Below, piece by piece: positions 40,076 through 58,046 of a stretch of 64,000 bases of DNA. Each line of letters opens with the position of its first letter. The first letter of the stretch is position 1. Both the position numbers and the translations under genes were made by a program. The stretch covers positions 56,951 to 120,950 of the forward strand of contig NIVC01000915.1 of the NCBI GenBank assembly GCA_002269645.1, in the 5' to 3' direction. The stretch comes from Macrostomum lignano. Its lineage: Eukaryota. The notes beneath the pieces are model-generated. The model was given only the letters and a program-made list of their open reading frames with translations, did no database searches and was not told the origin of the DNA.

Positions 40076-40883
40076 ATCTCCAGCGCTAGTGCCACCGCAT
40101 AAAAGCATGACTAAGAGGCTGCGCCACCCATTTTTGTCTCTAAGCCACTCCTGTGTGAATATTTAATCCATCAAATACCTTCATCTGAATTGAGAGCTTC
40201 GCCTCCCAGGGGGGGGGGCAAAGCCTCCAGTAGTTTTTCAGGCATATCGCCACTGAGATATGGGGATTATAGTGAGTAGAGAGTTTTATTCCAAAGTGAG
40301 GGCCTCCCATTGCCATGGGGTACCCGGGCATTCATCCGCATGGCCCGAGGGGGGAGCGAAGGAGTTTCGGGAACTCTGACGACTTATTGAGGATTCAAAG
40401 AGCTGAGCAGGGGCTGCGGGAGTCATTTGCATTCCGCTCGGACACACCGGGAGAGAGCCGAGTGCCGGTCTGCACTTGACAGCGGCGGAGGCCCCGCTCC
40501 CTCCTGACTCCGATGAAGCTGGGGACTCGGATCTGGCTATGAGGAGAAGACGAAAGCTAGACTCCTGGGAGCGTCTTCTAGAGGAGATGTGTGCAGCTTC
40601 CTTGACGCTTCACCGCGTTGGGGATGTCCGGAGAGGAGTAGAACAGGAGAAAAGTTATTGCACTTTTGCACCTGGGCTACTCGCACTGATCCCATGAGAG
40701 CTCGGGGTCGCTTTTAATTCCCACTTAGGAATGTCTAGGAAATTCTGCTAACAGGAAGTGACTGCTGGGCTGCCAAATGGCAAACTGTGAGCTATGAAAA
40801 CACACACCTTTACAGAATTGGTCCCTACTCAAATAGCAATCATTAGCAAATATGATTTCAGCTCTCTTACAATAAGCCACAGC

Positions 40884-41296
40884 AATGCTCACCTGTTAGC
40901 TGGAATAATGACTGAAATTAGTCAGTTTAAGCGCCGCCTGCTAATGCTCACCTGTTAGCTGGAATAATGACTGAAATTAGTCAGTTTAAGCGCCGTCTGC
41001 TAATGCTCACCTGTTAGCTGGAATAATGACTGAAATTAGTCAGTTTAAGCGCCGCCTGCTAATGCTCACCTGTTAGCTGGAATAATGACTGAAATTAGTC
41101 AGTTTAAGCGCCGCCTGCTAATGCTCACCTGTTAGCTGGAATAATGACTGAAATTAGTCAGTTTAAGCGCCGCCTGCTAATGCTCACCTGTTAGCTGGAA
41201 TAATGACTGAAATTAGTCAGTTTAAGCGCCGCCTGCTAATGCTCACCTGTTAGCTGGAATAATGACTGAAATTAGTCAGTTTAAGCGCCGCCTGCT
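40884..41296. repeat. 59-bp tandem repeat, 7 near-identical copies, each with splice acceptor and donor motifs on minus
   Basis: Units start at 40884, 40943, 41002, 41061, 41120, 41179 and 41238; one substitution in copy 2; no spacers. Confidence 0.95.
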
Positions 41297-41511
41297 CCAG
41301 GGCGTCCCGTCGGTCAGTCTTGAGCTGTGGGATTTGGGAGTTAAAAAATACCACGGCGTCAGGAAGTCACCTGCTGGCTGCAGACATCAGGGGGGAGGTG
41401 GGAGAGGGAAGGCTTGAGCCCACTGTTTGCCCAGTTGCTCGGTTGGGCAAACAGCTGGCAGGTGGGCAGCCGAGGCTTGCCGTGGTCAGCCGGTGCGGGC
41501 TATCCAGTGGG

Positions 41512-47311
<5,800 letters not shown>

Positions 47312-48574
47312 CGTATGTCTCGGCCACCTCCAGCAGTTCAATGGCTGTGGGTCCTCAAGTCAGTGGGCAGCACAGCGCAGGAAAAGAAGTTATCGGGAAA
47401 ACCCACTAGCTAGCAGCAATCGGAGCCAATTCGGAGATTGGAAAGGAAAGCCGGAGGGATGCAAAAGCAGAAGAAGGCTGGCATTGATGCCCGGGGTTGG
47501 CGCAGGAAGCTGAGAGGGAAATAGAATGGGAAATCTGAGAGCGATGGAGGAGGAGAAGCTGGAAGCTGAGTGGCGGCCTTGAGAAATGAAGGCTACCTGT
47601 TTCTGCCATCGAGAGTTTTGAGAATTATTGCTAATTACCCAGTAAGCAGACTTTGTGCGATCAATTGTGCCTTCGTGCCTATAATTGTGACTCAAGACTG
47701 ATACTAGCGGTACCCGGTTTACCTGTCACACAGACTAATGACTGTACCCGGTTTACCTGTCACACAGCCCGGTAAAAGTGCACCTGATTTGCGCGTCAGT
47801 CAGCTTGAAGTGAATTTATGGAATAGTGTAGAAATTGATGCAGCAGGTAATGATTATAAATTAGTCACGAATTTGTTCAGGAAGTTTCTGGGGATCTGCA
47901 ACTGCCTGGATTTTTCTTATCACAGATTTCTTTTTGCTTTCTTTTATCGCCAGGGATTTCTGGCCCGGCTCCTCTTAATGATGTGCGCTCTATCCCGCTC
48001 AGCAACCGGACTGCAAAGCAGTGATGGGATTTACAGGTGAAAATTCCTCTCTAGAATCGAATTCTTTAACTACGGCAGGCTGGGCGCCCCAGCCCCGGAT
48101 CCCCGCTAATTGCGGGTGTTTAATCCACGCCGGGTGGTGTTTTCATTCAAAATAAATTCAGGTTGCGCAACCCGCGCACTCCCCGGGCCAATGTCGAACT
48201 CTTAGAAAAATTTAGAATTTTCACGAAAATATCAAAAATGGGATTTTTAGCCACACCAGGCAAAACAATTATCAGCTAATTATTTTAGAAATTGAAATTC
48301 CGCATATTCACTGTTCCCATTGCGTCACCCATGTAGCCATGGAGCTAGGGTTGAAAGGGCCTCACCAGGTGTTTGCCGGGGTTGCATCTCTGGATTGTCT
48401 GCTTCTACAACTGAGACAGCGCTGAGCAGTGGCTACTCAGGCATATGAGACAGCCAGAGACTGTCTGAAGCATCGAATGATCCTTACGTACCTTCAGGCT
48501 CAAGGCGAACCAGCGTGCCAGAAGGCAAAACACAGAAACGCTTAAAAGAAACCAACACAGGATACTCATGAACA

Positions 48575-48845
48575 TCCATAGACACTCATAGACACCCATA
48601 GACACCCATAGACACCCATGGACACCCATAGACACCCATAGACACCTATAGACACCCATAGGCACCCATACACACCCATAGCCACCCATAGACACCCATA
48701 GACACCCATAGGCACCCATACACACCCATAGACACCCATAGACACCCATAGCCGCCCATAGACACCCCATAGGCACCCATACACACCCATACACACCCAC
48801 AGAGACCCACAGACACCCACACACACACCCATAGACACCCATAGA
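48575..48845. repeat. 10-bp repeat (GACACCCATA)
   Basis: Tandem copies; a second block lies at about 49955-50450. Confidence 0.88.
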
Positions 48846-49954
48846 CACTGAAAGATATCCACAGACATCCAGCGGCCCTGAAAGACACCCACAGACATTG
48901 CGTATGAGTCATGCACCGCCTTCCAGTCAAAGCTCTATGTACATCTATGGTATTGGCCCCTCCAAATTCAAGTAGCAAAGAGCACGCAGGCCGATGAGCC
49001 GCAAATGATAGATTGACATAACTGGGAGAGAAAGACGGCCCTATCGATCAGGCTCATACGGAAGTGCCATGAAGCTGGGTAGCTGATATGGTTCCAGTGG
49101 AGCAGGAGGGTCCTCTTAGTGCTGACAAAAGGACAAAAAAACAGGCAGCGGGATGTAAACTGGCACCTGCTTGTCCACTTGCTGCAATCACGGAAGCGCT
49201 CATACACAGTGGCTGGAGCAGAAATACCGAGAAAACTTACAAATGCTGCGTACGAAAAGCGAAATTGGTTTTCCACTCCGCGCTGTGAATGTGAATTACA
49301 GTTAAAAAGCCATTAGGAGAAGCGAACTCAGAAAGAAAGTAGTGTGCGAAAGTGAGTGAGAGGGAGAGTGAGAGAGTGGCAGAGAGAAATTAAGCTGAGG
49401 CTCCCGTGTTTTAATTGCTTTTGGTCAATTTTAGTGGAGAAGTTGGAATCGGATATTCTGTGGGGTCGGGGAGCGGTGAGAAATCCTCTTTCTGGGAGCA
49501 GCAGACAGTGAAGGGAGCGCGGAGGTGTATCGGGCGCCACTTCACGACTGTCCGTCAACAAAATATTTTTGGTAGGGGGCTGCGACTGTAGCAAGCTGCA
49601 GGACTGGGAGGGGAGAGTATTAATGGGAGATTATTTAGACCAACGGGGGGACTGGACGACCCTGTTAAGGGATTATTGTGTGCGGCCGGGGTCCCTGTTC
49701 CCTGTTGCGTCACCCGGATTGAATAGGCCTCGCCAGGTGCTTGCGGGGGGGCGATGCATCTTTGAATTCGTCTGCCTGCTGCTGGTTTGGGGAAATTCAC
49801 AGTTGAGCGGGTCTGTCTGCCTCTGTAACTGAGACAGCGCTGAGCAGTGGCTTCTCGGCAATATGAGACAGCCAGAGACTGTCTGAAGCATTGAAAGGCC
49901 CTGTACGTAACCTCAAGTCTCTAGCAAAAGCAGCATTAGTAATGCCAAAAAGAC

Positions 49955-50450
49955 ACCCTATAGACACCCTACAGACACCCAAAGACACCTATGAGACACC
50001 CATAGACATTCATAGACATCCATAGGCATCTATAGACACCCATAGACACTCATATATACCTCCAGACACACATAGACACCCATAGACACCATAGACACCC
50101 ACAGACATCCAAGACACCTATTGACACCCATAGTCATCCATAGACTAGCAAAGACACCCATAGACATTCATAGACATTCATAGACATCCATAGGCATCTA
50201 TAGACACCCATAGACACTCATAGATACCTCCAGACACCCATAGACATCCATAGACACCCATAGACACCCATAGACACCCATAGGCGCCCATAGACACCCA
50301 CAGACATCCAAGACACCTATTGACACCCATAGTCATCCATAGACTAGCAAAGACACCCATAGACACCCATTGACATTCATAGACATTCATAGACATCCAT
50401 AGGCATCTATAGACACCCATAGACACTCATAGATCCCTCCACACCTATAG
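49955..50450. repeat. 10-bp repeat (GACACCCATA/GACATTCATA), second block
   Basis: Tandem degenerate copies with internal higher-order duplication. Confidence 0.88.
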
Positions 50451-51057
50451 ACACGCGCAGAAGCTCATAGACTTTCAAAGAAACCCAGAGACACGCAGTC
50501 ACTGAAGGCACACAAAAGCCCACAGAGCTACTCAATTACATTCAAGGAGGCGCAGAGACAGGAACGCACAAGCGACACTATACAGAGGCATTCAGAGGCA
50601 CCCATGTGAGGCAGTTACATGTGAAAGCAGAGAGAAGAACACTGCGAAAGCAAACGAACCAGAGCAAGCCAGACAGCCAGAAAGAGAAAGCAAACAAGCC
50701 CCAGTGAAACACACAAAAGAAGAATCTGCTGGCAGAGAAATTCAAAACAGATCAGGGGGGCTTATATATGAAAATACTTTACCGTGATTACAACTGGGAG
50801 CTCCCGGCCGTTTTCAATATTGATTTCTGCTTGGCTGACAGGCCGGGTGCCACTGAGATCCCAGTGGGTGGCAGGTTCCAGTGGGATTAATGAAAACAAA
50901 TATCAGAAATATGAGCAGTTGAGTTGAGGTCTGTTCAAGTACGACAGCTGGAGTGCCACTGCAGCCTGCGTGCTGCACGGTTGCCATGCACCTCTGCAGA
51001 ATCCTCTGTACTTTGATTTCCAGCCTCTGCGTCTCAGCTTCTAGCTTGTCGTTTCAT

Positions 51058-51990
51058 CTGTCTCACCCTCTTTATCTCACCCTCCCTGTCTCACCCTCCC
51101 TGTCTCACCCTCCCTGTCTCACCCTCCCTGTCTCACCCTCCCTGTCTCACCCTCCCTGTCTCACCCTCCCTGTCTCACCCTCCCTGTCTCACCCTCCCTG
51201 TCTCACCCTCCCTGTCTCACCCTCCCTGTCTCACCCTCCCTGTCTCACCCTCCCTGTCTCACCCTCCCTGTCTCACCCTCCCTGTCTCACCCTCCCTGTC
51301 TCACCCTCCCTGTCTCACCCTCCCTGTCTCACCGTCCCTGTCTCACCCTCCCTGTCTCACCCTCCCTGTCTCACCCTCCCTGTCTCACCCTCCCTGTCTC
51401 ACCGTCCCTGTCTCACCCTCCCTGTCTCACCCTCCCTGTCTCACCCTCCCTGTCTCACCGTCCCTGTCTCACCCTCCCTGTCTCACCCTCCCTGTCTCAC
51501 CCTCCCTGTCTCACCCTCCCTGTCTCACCCTCCCTGTCTCACCCTCCCTGTCTCACCCTCCCTGTCTCACCCTCCCTGTCTCACCCTCCCTGTCTCACCC
51601 TCCCTGTCTCACCCTCCCTGTCTCACCCTCCCTGTCTCACCCTCCCTGTCTCACCCTCCCTGTCTCACCCTCCCTGTCTCACCCTCCCTGTCTCACCCTC
51701 CCTGTCTCACCCTCCCTGTCTCACCCTCCCTGTCTCACCCTCCCTGTCTCACCCTCCCTGTCTCACCCTCCCTGTCTCACCCTCCCTGTCTCACCCTCCC
51801 TGTCTCACCCTCCCTGTCTCACCCTCCCTGTCTCACCCTCCCTGTCTCACCCTCCCTGTCTCACCCTCCCTGTCTCACCCTCCCTGTCTCACACTCTGTC
51901 TCACCCTCCCTGTCTCATACTCTCTGTCTTACCCCCTGTCTTACCCTCACTGTCTTACCCTCTCTGTCTTACCCTCTCTGTCTCACCCTC
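51058..51990. repeat. 14-bp minisatellite (TGTCTCACCCTCCC)
   Basis: About 60 near-perfect copies. Confidence 0.95.
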
Positions 51991-53534
51991 TCTGTCTCAC
52001 CCTCCTCATCTTCAACTCTTCTTTGTTCCCCTCTATTCTAATTGCTATCTTGTCATCTCCATCTTCAGCCTCACAGCATCCTTCTCTTCTATTCTCTCTT
52101 AGCATCCCTCAGCCATCAATCCACCGAACCCCAATCGGGATCTGACCAGAGCCAGTCCCAGAAGAGCAGCGGAGCGGAGCAGGTTCTGTGTGCAGCTGTG
52201 TCAGAGGGTAAAATCCCCCACCAATTTCCTTAGCTCAATTCTCGCCACGCCTCTATTTTCTCAAAAATCTTTCTCAAACTGAAAAATGGGATTTTGATCC
52301 CGAACAATATTGCTCAAGCGCTTCCCCGATGATGCAATCGTGTAGGGCTGTAGAGGACGGCGATCGCGAGGCTTCCACTTGATTCCCCAGCCCGCTGCGG
52401 GAGTATAAATAGGAGAGGCACCGGGACTTGAGGCTCTCGAGGGCGAAGAGGGCGCTGAAGAGGAGACCCCGGCGACCCCCGCCCTCTATGGGCCAACCCC
52501 CACCCCCCTCTCAGCCAGGTGAGCAGCAGACTCCACTAAATTAAGAAACCGGCCGAGATTTTTCAACGGAACTCTCCATCCAGACTTCTCCTCCCCTTCC
52601 AGAAGGGAGTCTGGGGGAGTGCAGGAAGGAATCTTGGCGGTAAATTTGGCAATTTCCATTCCCCAATATAGAAATGAGGATGCAGTGAAAGAATTTGCTC
52701 AGGCCAAACAGCGGCAGTTCCAAGACCCGCTATGGCCGCCGGGGGCAAACATTGGGGCTCTCCAGAAGCAGAGGAGCTGCCGGTGACGCACACAGGACCG
52801 ACTCTATCAAGATCTGATTAGCCACAAAACTGCCTGCTCTGTCCCGTGTTTGACTCAAGCGAGTTAGTTACCTGGCTAATTTCGATACACACACAGAGAG
52901 GTTTTAATCGAAAGTTCGAAAGCCTACAAGGGGATAATTAAGCCACTGGAGCTGCTTTGAGCTCAGCCTGCATTGCTCAAGCCAGGCGAGTTGAGTTGTA
53001 GCAAAAAGGCCAAAAAGCCAAAGGGATTCGCGGGCCGGGTCGGGAGGCAAAGCTGATAAGATTTCCCCTTCTCTCCTGAACTGCAGGCCCCGAGGATTTG
53101 CCGCTCTGAGGATGAGCAAAATTCTGACCTCGTTTCCCCACCACCTGCCCGGAGCAAAAGCAGAAGCAACTCACTGTTTTGAAGCAGCTAACTCGATTGT
53201 TGCAGCCGAGTTCGCCAGATTGCTGTGGGCCTTCGAAACCCGTTTCAGTCTTTTGATGACCCTCGTGCGGAGTTCGCGGCCCGAATTGCCGACGTTCCCG
53301 CCTTAAATTGTCTGCTGTCTTGCCATGCTAGACTGGATCTGCTGAGGCCGATTCCCATTGGCTGGGAGGCCCAGCCAATAGGAGCGCGGCTGCACTGGCT
53401 GGACACCCCATGGCTCAGCGAGGCTGATGAGGCAATGCGTCGTGTGTCAGTGAAACTGAGACTAATTTCTGCATGTTGAAGCTGGGTGTAGCGTTGAAGC
53501 ATGGTAAGACTAAACACCAAAACTGCTCTTCTTC

Positions 53535-54235
53535 ATCTGCACCTGTCTCCCTTCACCTGTCTTTTCTCATCTGCACCTGTCTCCCTTCACCTGTCTTTCC
53601 TCATCTGCACCTGTCTCCCATCACCTGTCTTTTCTCATCTGCACCTGTCTCCCTTCCCCTGTCTTTTCTCATCTGCACCCGTCTCCCTTCACCTGTATTT
53701 CTTCTTCTTTCACCTGTCCTTCCCCTCCCTTCACCTGTCCCTCCCCTCCTTTCACCTGTCCTTCCCCTCCTTTCACCTGTCCTTCCCCTCCCTTCACCTG
53801 TCCTCCCCCCTCTCACCTGTCCTTCCCCTCCTCTCACCTGTCCTTCCCCTCCTCTCACCTGTCCTTCCCCTCCTCTCACCTGTCCTTCCCCTCCTCTCAC
53901 CTGTCCTTCCCCTCCTCTCACCTGTCCTTCCCCTCCTCTCACCTGTCCTTCCCCTCCTCTCACTTGTCCTTTCCCTCCCTTCACCTGTCCTTCCCCTCCC
54001 TTCACCTGTCCTTCCCCTCCCTTCACCTGTCCTTCCCCTCCCTTCACCTGTCCTTCCCCTCCCTTCACCTGTCCTTCCCCTCCCTTCACCTGTCCTTCCC
54101 CTCCCTTCACCTGTCCTTCCCCTCCTCTCACCTGTCCTTCCCCTCCCTTCACCTATCCTTCCCCTCCTCTCACCTGTCCTTCCCCTCCCTTCACCTGTCC
54201 TTCCCCTCCCTTCACCTGTCCTTCCCCTCCCTTCG
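53535..54235. repeat. 21-bp minisatellite (CCTGTCCTTCCCCTCCTCTCA)
   Basis: Tandem copies, with longer variants at the left end. Confidence 0.92.
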
Positions 54236-54936
54236 CTGAGTAAGACATGACTGCAATCCGGACCCCACAATTAGGTAATCATGTTTATTAAGCTAAATAA
54301 TGCGATTCTATTTGCATTATCAAACCTCCCCAGACAATGATTATCATCCAATCCAAACAGCCTTGGCTGTGCCAGCAGATTCTCAGTTGAGCAGAGGCTC
54401 TGCTAGCCTGTTTGCTCGCCGCCCACAGCTCCTCTCCTCAGCGATCAAGTGTGTGTTATCGATGATATAATAATCCTCTGGGAGAGCAGATCTGGGGGGA
54501 GGAGGGCTGCGATACCTGTCGATTCAGTGTGGTCGCAGAGATTGATTACACAGTTGACTTAGTTGACTGAGGAAGCTGGATTTGAGAAGACGCGCATCAT
54601 CATTGATTCGCCAGTACCGGGCAAGGGCGTGAGAATGGCGCTTTGAGACCTGTGGATTAATCTATGCGAAAAGGTACTGAGATGGATGATGGGATTTATA
54701 TTGCTGGGGATATGGGATCCGACTGGGACAGACCTATCGATTGATTTCGCTTCACGACCCCCCGTGGGCTTGACCCCCGCATTTAGGGGTCACGGGGCAA
54801 TGAAAATGCCTAAATTATACGGAGCAGGGGCTCATGTTACAGAAACTAATTCTTTATATCCTCAGAGACTAATTCAAAGAATGAAGACGTAATTCATTTC
54901 ATTTTTACGAGAAACGCGTATAACTCTGGATTATAT

Positions 54937-55200
54937 TTCCAAGAAACTTATTGTACCTTTCTAAGAAAACATTACCCGTAAAACGGATTCCGGGCGAACT
55001 CTCTAATTTCAGTTTTTTTATTCTAAAATATCAATCTTAACGGATTTTCTAAGAAAATAGCCTTATTTCTAAGAAATTTTTATGTACCTTTCTAAGAAAA
55101 TATTTCCCGTAAAACGGATTCCAGGCCAACTCTAATTTCTGCTTTTTATTTTAGAAATCAATCTTAACGGATTTTCCAAGAAAATAGTCTGATTTCTAAG
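54937..55200. repeat. About 130-bp AT-rich tandem duplication rich in TTC(T/C)AAGAA
   Basis: CCCGTAAAACGGATTCC...TCAATCTTAACGGATTTT occurs twice, about 127-131 bp apart. Confidence 0.8.
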
Positions 55201-55493
55201 AAAAATTTGTTTAAAAAATCACAAAAAACTTCTAAATAAACAGAATTTCTAAGAATCAATGCGAATTACCAGTTTATAAAGAGTGTCTGCGTACCGAGAC
55301 AGCAATTTTTAAGCCTCTGGAATGAAAATAAAATAGTTTTTCTTAGAAAAAGACTGGAGCTCCATCGTGCCCAGAATCCATGAAATCGAGAGGCACGACG
55401 CAGTTCCGAGCCGACAAGCAACTGAGCGAAACTCTCTTCTAGTAGACAAAGATGTCTGCAGATGTTTTTCTGCTAGGGGGGGGGGCGGCAGGC

Positions 55494-58046
55494 CAGGGAA
55501 TTCTCCAGACCTGGAAGTGACACTGGCCAATGGGGGCGGGCCAAGTCAGGCCGACCTCTTCCGAGCCTGAGCCCAGCCCAGTTCATGCATATCGATGTTG
55601 CAAGCAAATTAAAGACCCCTTAATTTGTTACTTACAAACATAAAAAATTAGAATTCGAGTTATCATTATACTCGTACTGCACACAATAGAAATAGCATCA
55701 GATAGTAGGCATTGCCATTCAAACTTACCAAAAACTGTCAGAAGCCAGGATGTGAAGGGAAAAGCAACAGAAGGAAGTGGTCCGGAACTAGGGGTTTAAC
55801 TTGGCAATTTTTCGGCAGCTGTCGTTGCCCTTCAGGCCATCAGATCTTCGCTTGCCAACGAGGGAAGGACGATTGACCTTGGAAAGAAACTTGGCCGTGC
55901 TGTTGAAGGTTGATGTGTCTACGTTCACACTCTGCATGGTTGAGTACAGCTGCAACGCAGAAACCGTTGTTTCATCAAACACAGCTGCGGCCAGAGACGC
56001 ACTCGTTCTTTCAACATTCAGTGGGCGCAGAACCTTCTCTGTCAACCGGTAGGCGATCTTGGACGACTGGCCTCTCTCAATTTCAAACACGGCCTCGATG
56101 TCGCTAAACTTGGCGACGAAGCACTCCTGTCCATCCATGGTTGGGCAGTGAAACTCCCTCCGCCGTTGAAAATTATTATACACATTCTTGATGTTGTGGG
56201 TCGTATCCATCAGCAGGAAAATCTCCTTCTCTTTGTCACAGGGATGCTTCATAGTCAAACCGTCATCGTTAGCGGCAGACATCGAGTAAAATTTCCGATT
56301 GACGGCCGAATTGTCACAGGACAAAGCAACGACTTCAAACCCGTTTTTCGCGACCGCCTCAATTACATCACCAGCAAGGCTACTCAGGTGGCTGGCTGTA
56401 AGACAGTTGACCGGAAAAAGACCAACGACATCCTGGTAGGACCCACCGATTGACTTGACGAGAAACGCCAGAATAGAGGAAGCCACCTTGCCATCGCTGC
56501 TGAGACCATATATGGAGTCGCAGTTAAATTCCACTCTCTTCGCGGTGGTCACCTCGTCGATGATGAGGACCACATACTTCTCTCGAGGGTCAAGCGATCC
56601 TGCCCGCAGCTGAATGTACGCCTCTTCCACGATGCCAGACTCCTTGGAAAGAACGGATGTCAGCCTAACGAGATTCCTGATAGAGGGCAAGCAAATGGAC
56701 CCATCGTCCAGAATTGCCTTGTAGGCAGCGCGGCTAGTTGAAAAAATCAAATACGCCAGTACTGTTGTTGTTGGCGTATAGCGACGAGACGGCCCCTGGG
56801 TGTGGATCAGGGAAAATTGCTCGAGAAGGAACTTCACTTGTCCTTGAACATCTGATTCATCGCTCAGAGATCCGAGGTAGCTCTTCAAAACCTCCTCCAC
56901 GAAATCAGACGACGTGATGGGATCACGTGTCTCTCCTGTCTGGGCCAGAGATTTGAGGAATGCCAGCAGGTTCTCAAAAGTGGAGAGCAGCTGCAGATGG
57001 AGGGTGTCTTGCTGCTTTGGAAACAGATGTCCAAGCATGCTGCTAGTACAGCGAAGGCCACAAACAAATGCCTGATACGTGAGATCTTCAAAGACAGTCA
57101 GTGAAGCTGTGAGGTGTGGAGCGGAGCCTGAGATGGATGTGTCGATTAGGAAAAACGAAGCTGATCCAGCGTTGGTGCTTCTTACAAATCCGGATGGAAT
57201 ATTGGCTGAATCCAACTTGTCTAGCAGGTCACTGAGAGTACGCAACTCATCAGAGCTTAGAAATTCGCCGATCATCTCATTCAAACGCGCATTCTCCACT
57301 TGCAGACGAGATGAGGACAAGGCACTTGTAGTCCACTCCATTGGCGCTGACTTGCTGAGGTACTTCGGCACACTGTCAAATTGAGTTGGCACTGCAGCAC
57401 TCTTCAGGCGAACTTGTTGGAGCTTCGCTTCTAAGAATTTTCGATTCTTACGACGGATGGTCTTGTCGGTTGATTCTCTGACGAAGTCAGCTTCCGTGAA
57501 GTGCTTCGAGCAGACACGCTGAGAAGACGTGGCCTTCAGGTCGGCGGTTGGTATAGCACGAAGCCACTGCTGTCTCAGTACAGGATCCTTTGGGAAAGCA
57601 AAATAGCTTATTCCCACAGTTCCTTCTGACGAATAGCCTGATTTGCAGCCGAACACACAGCACTTGTAACCCATGATTTATCTTTGCATGTAATACAAAA
57701 TGAGCAACTTGGGAACTTCGTGCGAAGACTTATACGAGCGTATAAAAAACGTACACCCAAGAAGGGCAAAAGTAGGTAGGCTGTGCATAGAACTTTTTGT
57801 TCCGTACATGTACAATTGTGCATAATGTCTTTGTCTGCAATCTTCCTCAGTTCTTTTTCTTCTTTCCCAAATGCACATTTCTTCCTTCCCCCTTATCTTA
57901 CACCCCCATCTTCTTTTCATTCACTCTTCCCACACTCAGTCGGTTCCTCTCTTGTCCCTTCATAGCCAAAAATGAATGGCCTGACTTGGCCCGGGCACCC
58001 GGGCCCGATTTTGCCAGTGTCACTTCCAGGTCTGGAGAATTCCCTG
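55494..58046 (-). mobile_element. P-superfamily (THAP transposase) DNA transposon, 2553 bp, probably internally deleted and non-autonomous
   Basis: Perfect 34-bp TIRs CAGGGAATTCTCCAGACCTGGAAGTGACACTGGC (55494-55527; inverted at 58013-58046). A second 16-bp inverted block CGGGCCAAGTCAGGCC lies at 55537-55552 and 57978-57993. The 7-bp TSD GGCAGGC is at 55487-55493 and 58047-58053. The element encloses the THAP transposase ORF. Confidence 0.93.
55788..57674 (-). CDS. THAP-domain P-element-type transposase (THAP9-like), 628 aa, C-terminally truncated
   Basis: C2CH THAP finger (CCVFGC...FP...W...VCSKHF), catalytic IIDE and SCDN aspartates and the DxxH motif DTTH. The ORF stops before any motif carrying the third catalytic Glu. 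Confidence 0.9.
   Translation of the reverse strand: MGYKCCVFGCKSGYSSEGTVGISYFAFPKDPVLRQQWLRAIPTADLKATSSQRVCSKHFTEADFVRESTDKTIRRKNRKFLEAKLQQVRLKSAAVPTQFDSVPKYLSKSAPMEWTTSALSSSRLQVENARLNEMIGEFLSSDELRTLSDLLDKLDSANIPSGFVRSTNAGSASFFLIDTSISGSAPHLTASLTVFEDLTYQAFVCGLRCTSSMLGHLFPKQQDTLHLQLLSTFENLLAFLKSLAQTGETRDPITSSDFVEEVLKSYLGSLSDESDVQGQVKFLLEQFSLIHTQGPSRRYTPTTTVLAYLIFSTSRAAYKAILDDGSICLPSIRNLVRLTSVLSKESGIVEEAYIQLRAGSLDPREKYVVLIIDEVTTAKRVEFNCDSIYGLSSDGKVASSILAFLVKSIGGSYQDVVGLFPVNCLTASHLSSLAGDVIEAVAKNGFEVVALSCDNSAVNRKFYSMSAANDDGLTMKHPCDKEKEIFLLMDTTHNIKNVYNNFQRRREFHCPTMDGQECFVAKFSDIEAVFEIERGQSSKIAYRLTEKVLRPLNVERTSASLAAAVFDETTVSALQLYSTMQSVNVDTSTFNSTAKFLSKVNRPSLVGKRRSDGLKGNDSCRKIAKLNP

Noticed and set aside
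40884-41296. CRISPR-like array
   Set aside because: The 59-bp units are head-to-tail with no unique spacers, there are no cas genes, and the context is eukaryotic. The same applies to all other arrays here.
55729-55734. 6-nt microexon (cag|TTTTTG|gtaagt) near the transposon left end
   Set aside because: The splice signals look good, but no downstream exon remains inside the element and it would not restore the catalytic Glu; unsupported without RNA data.
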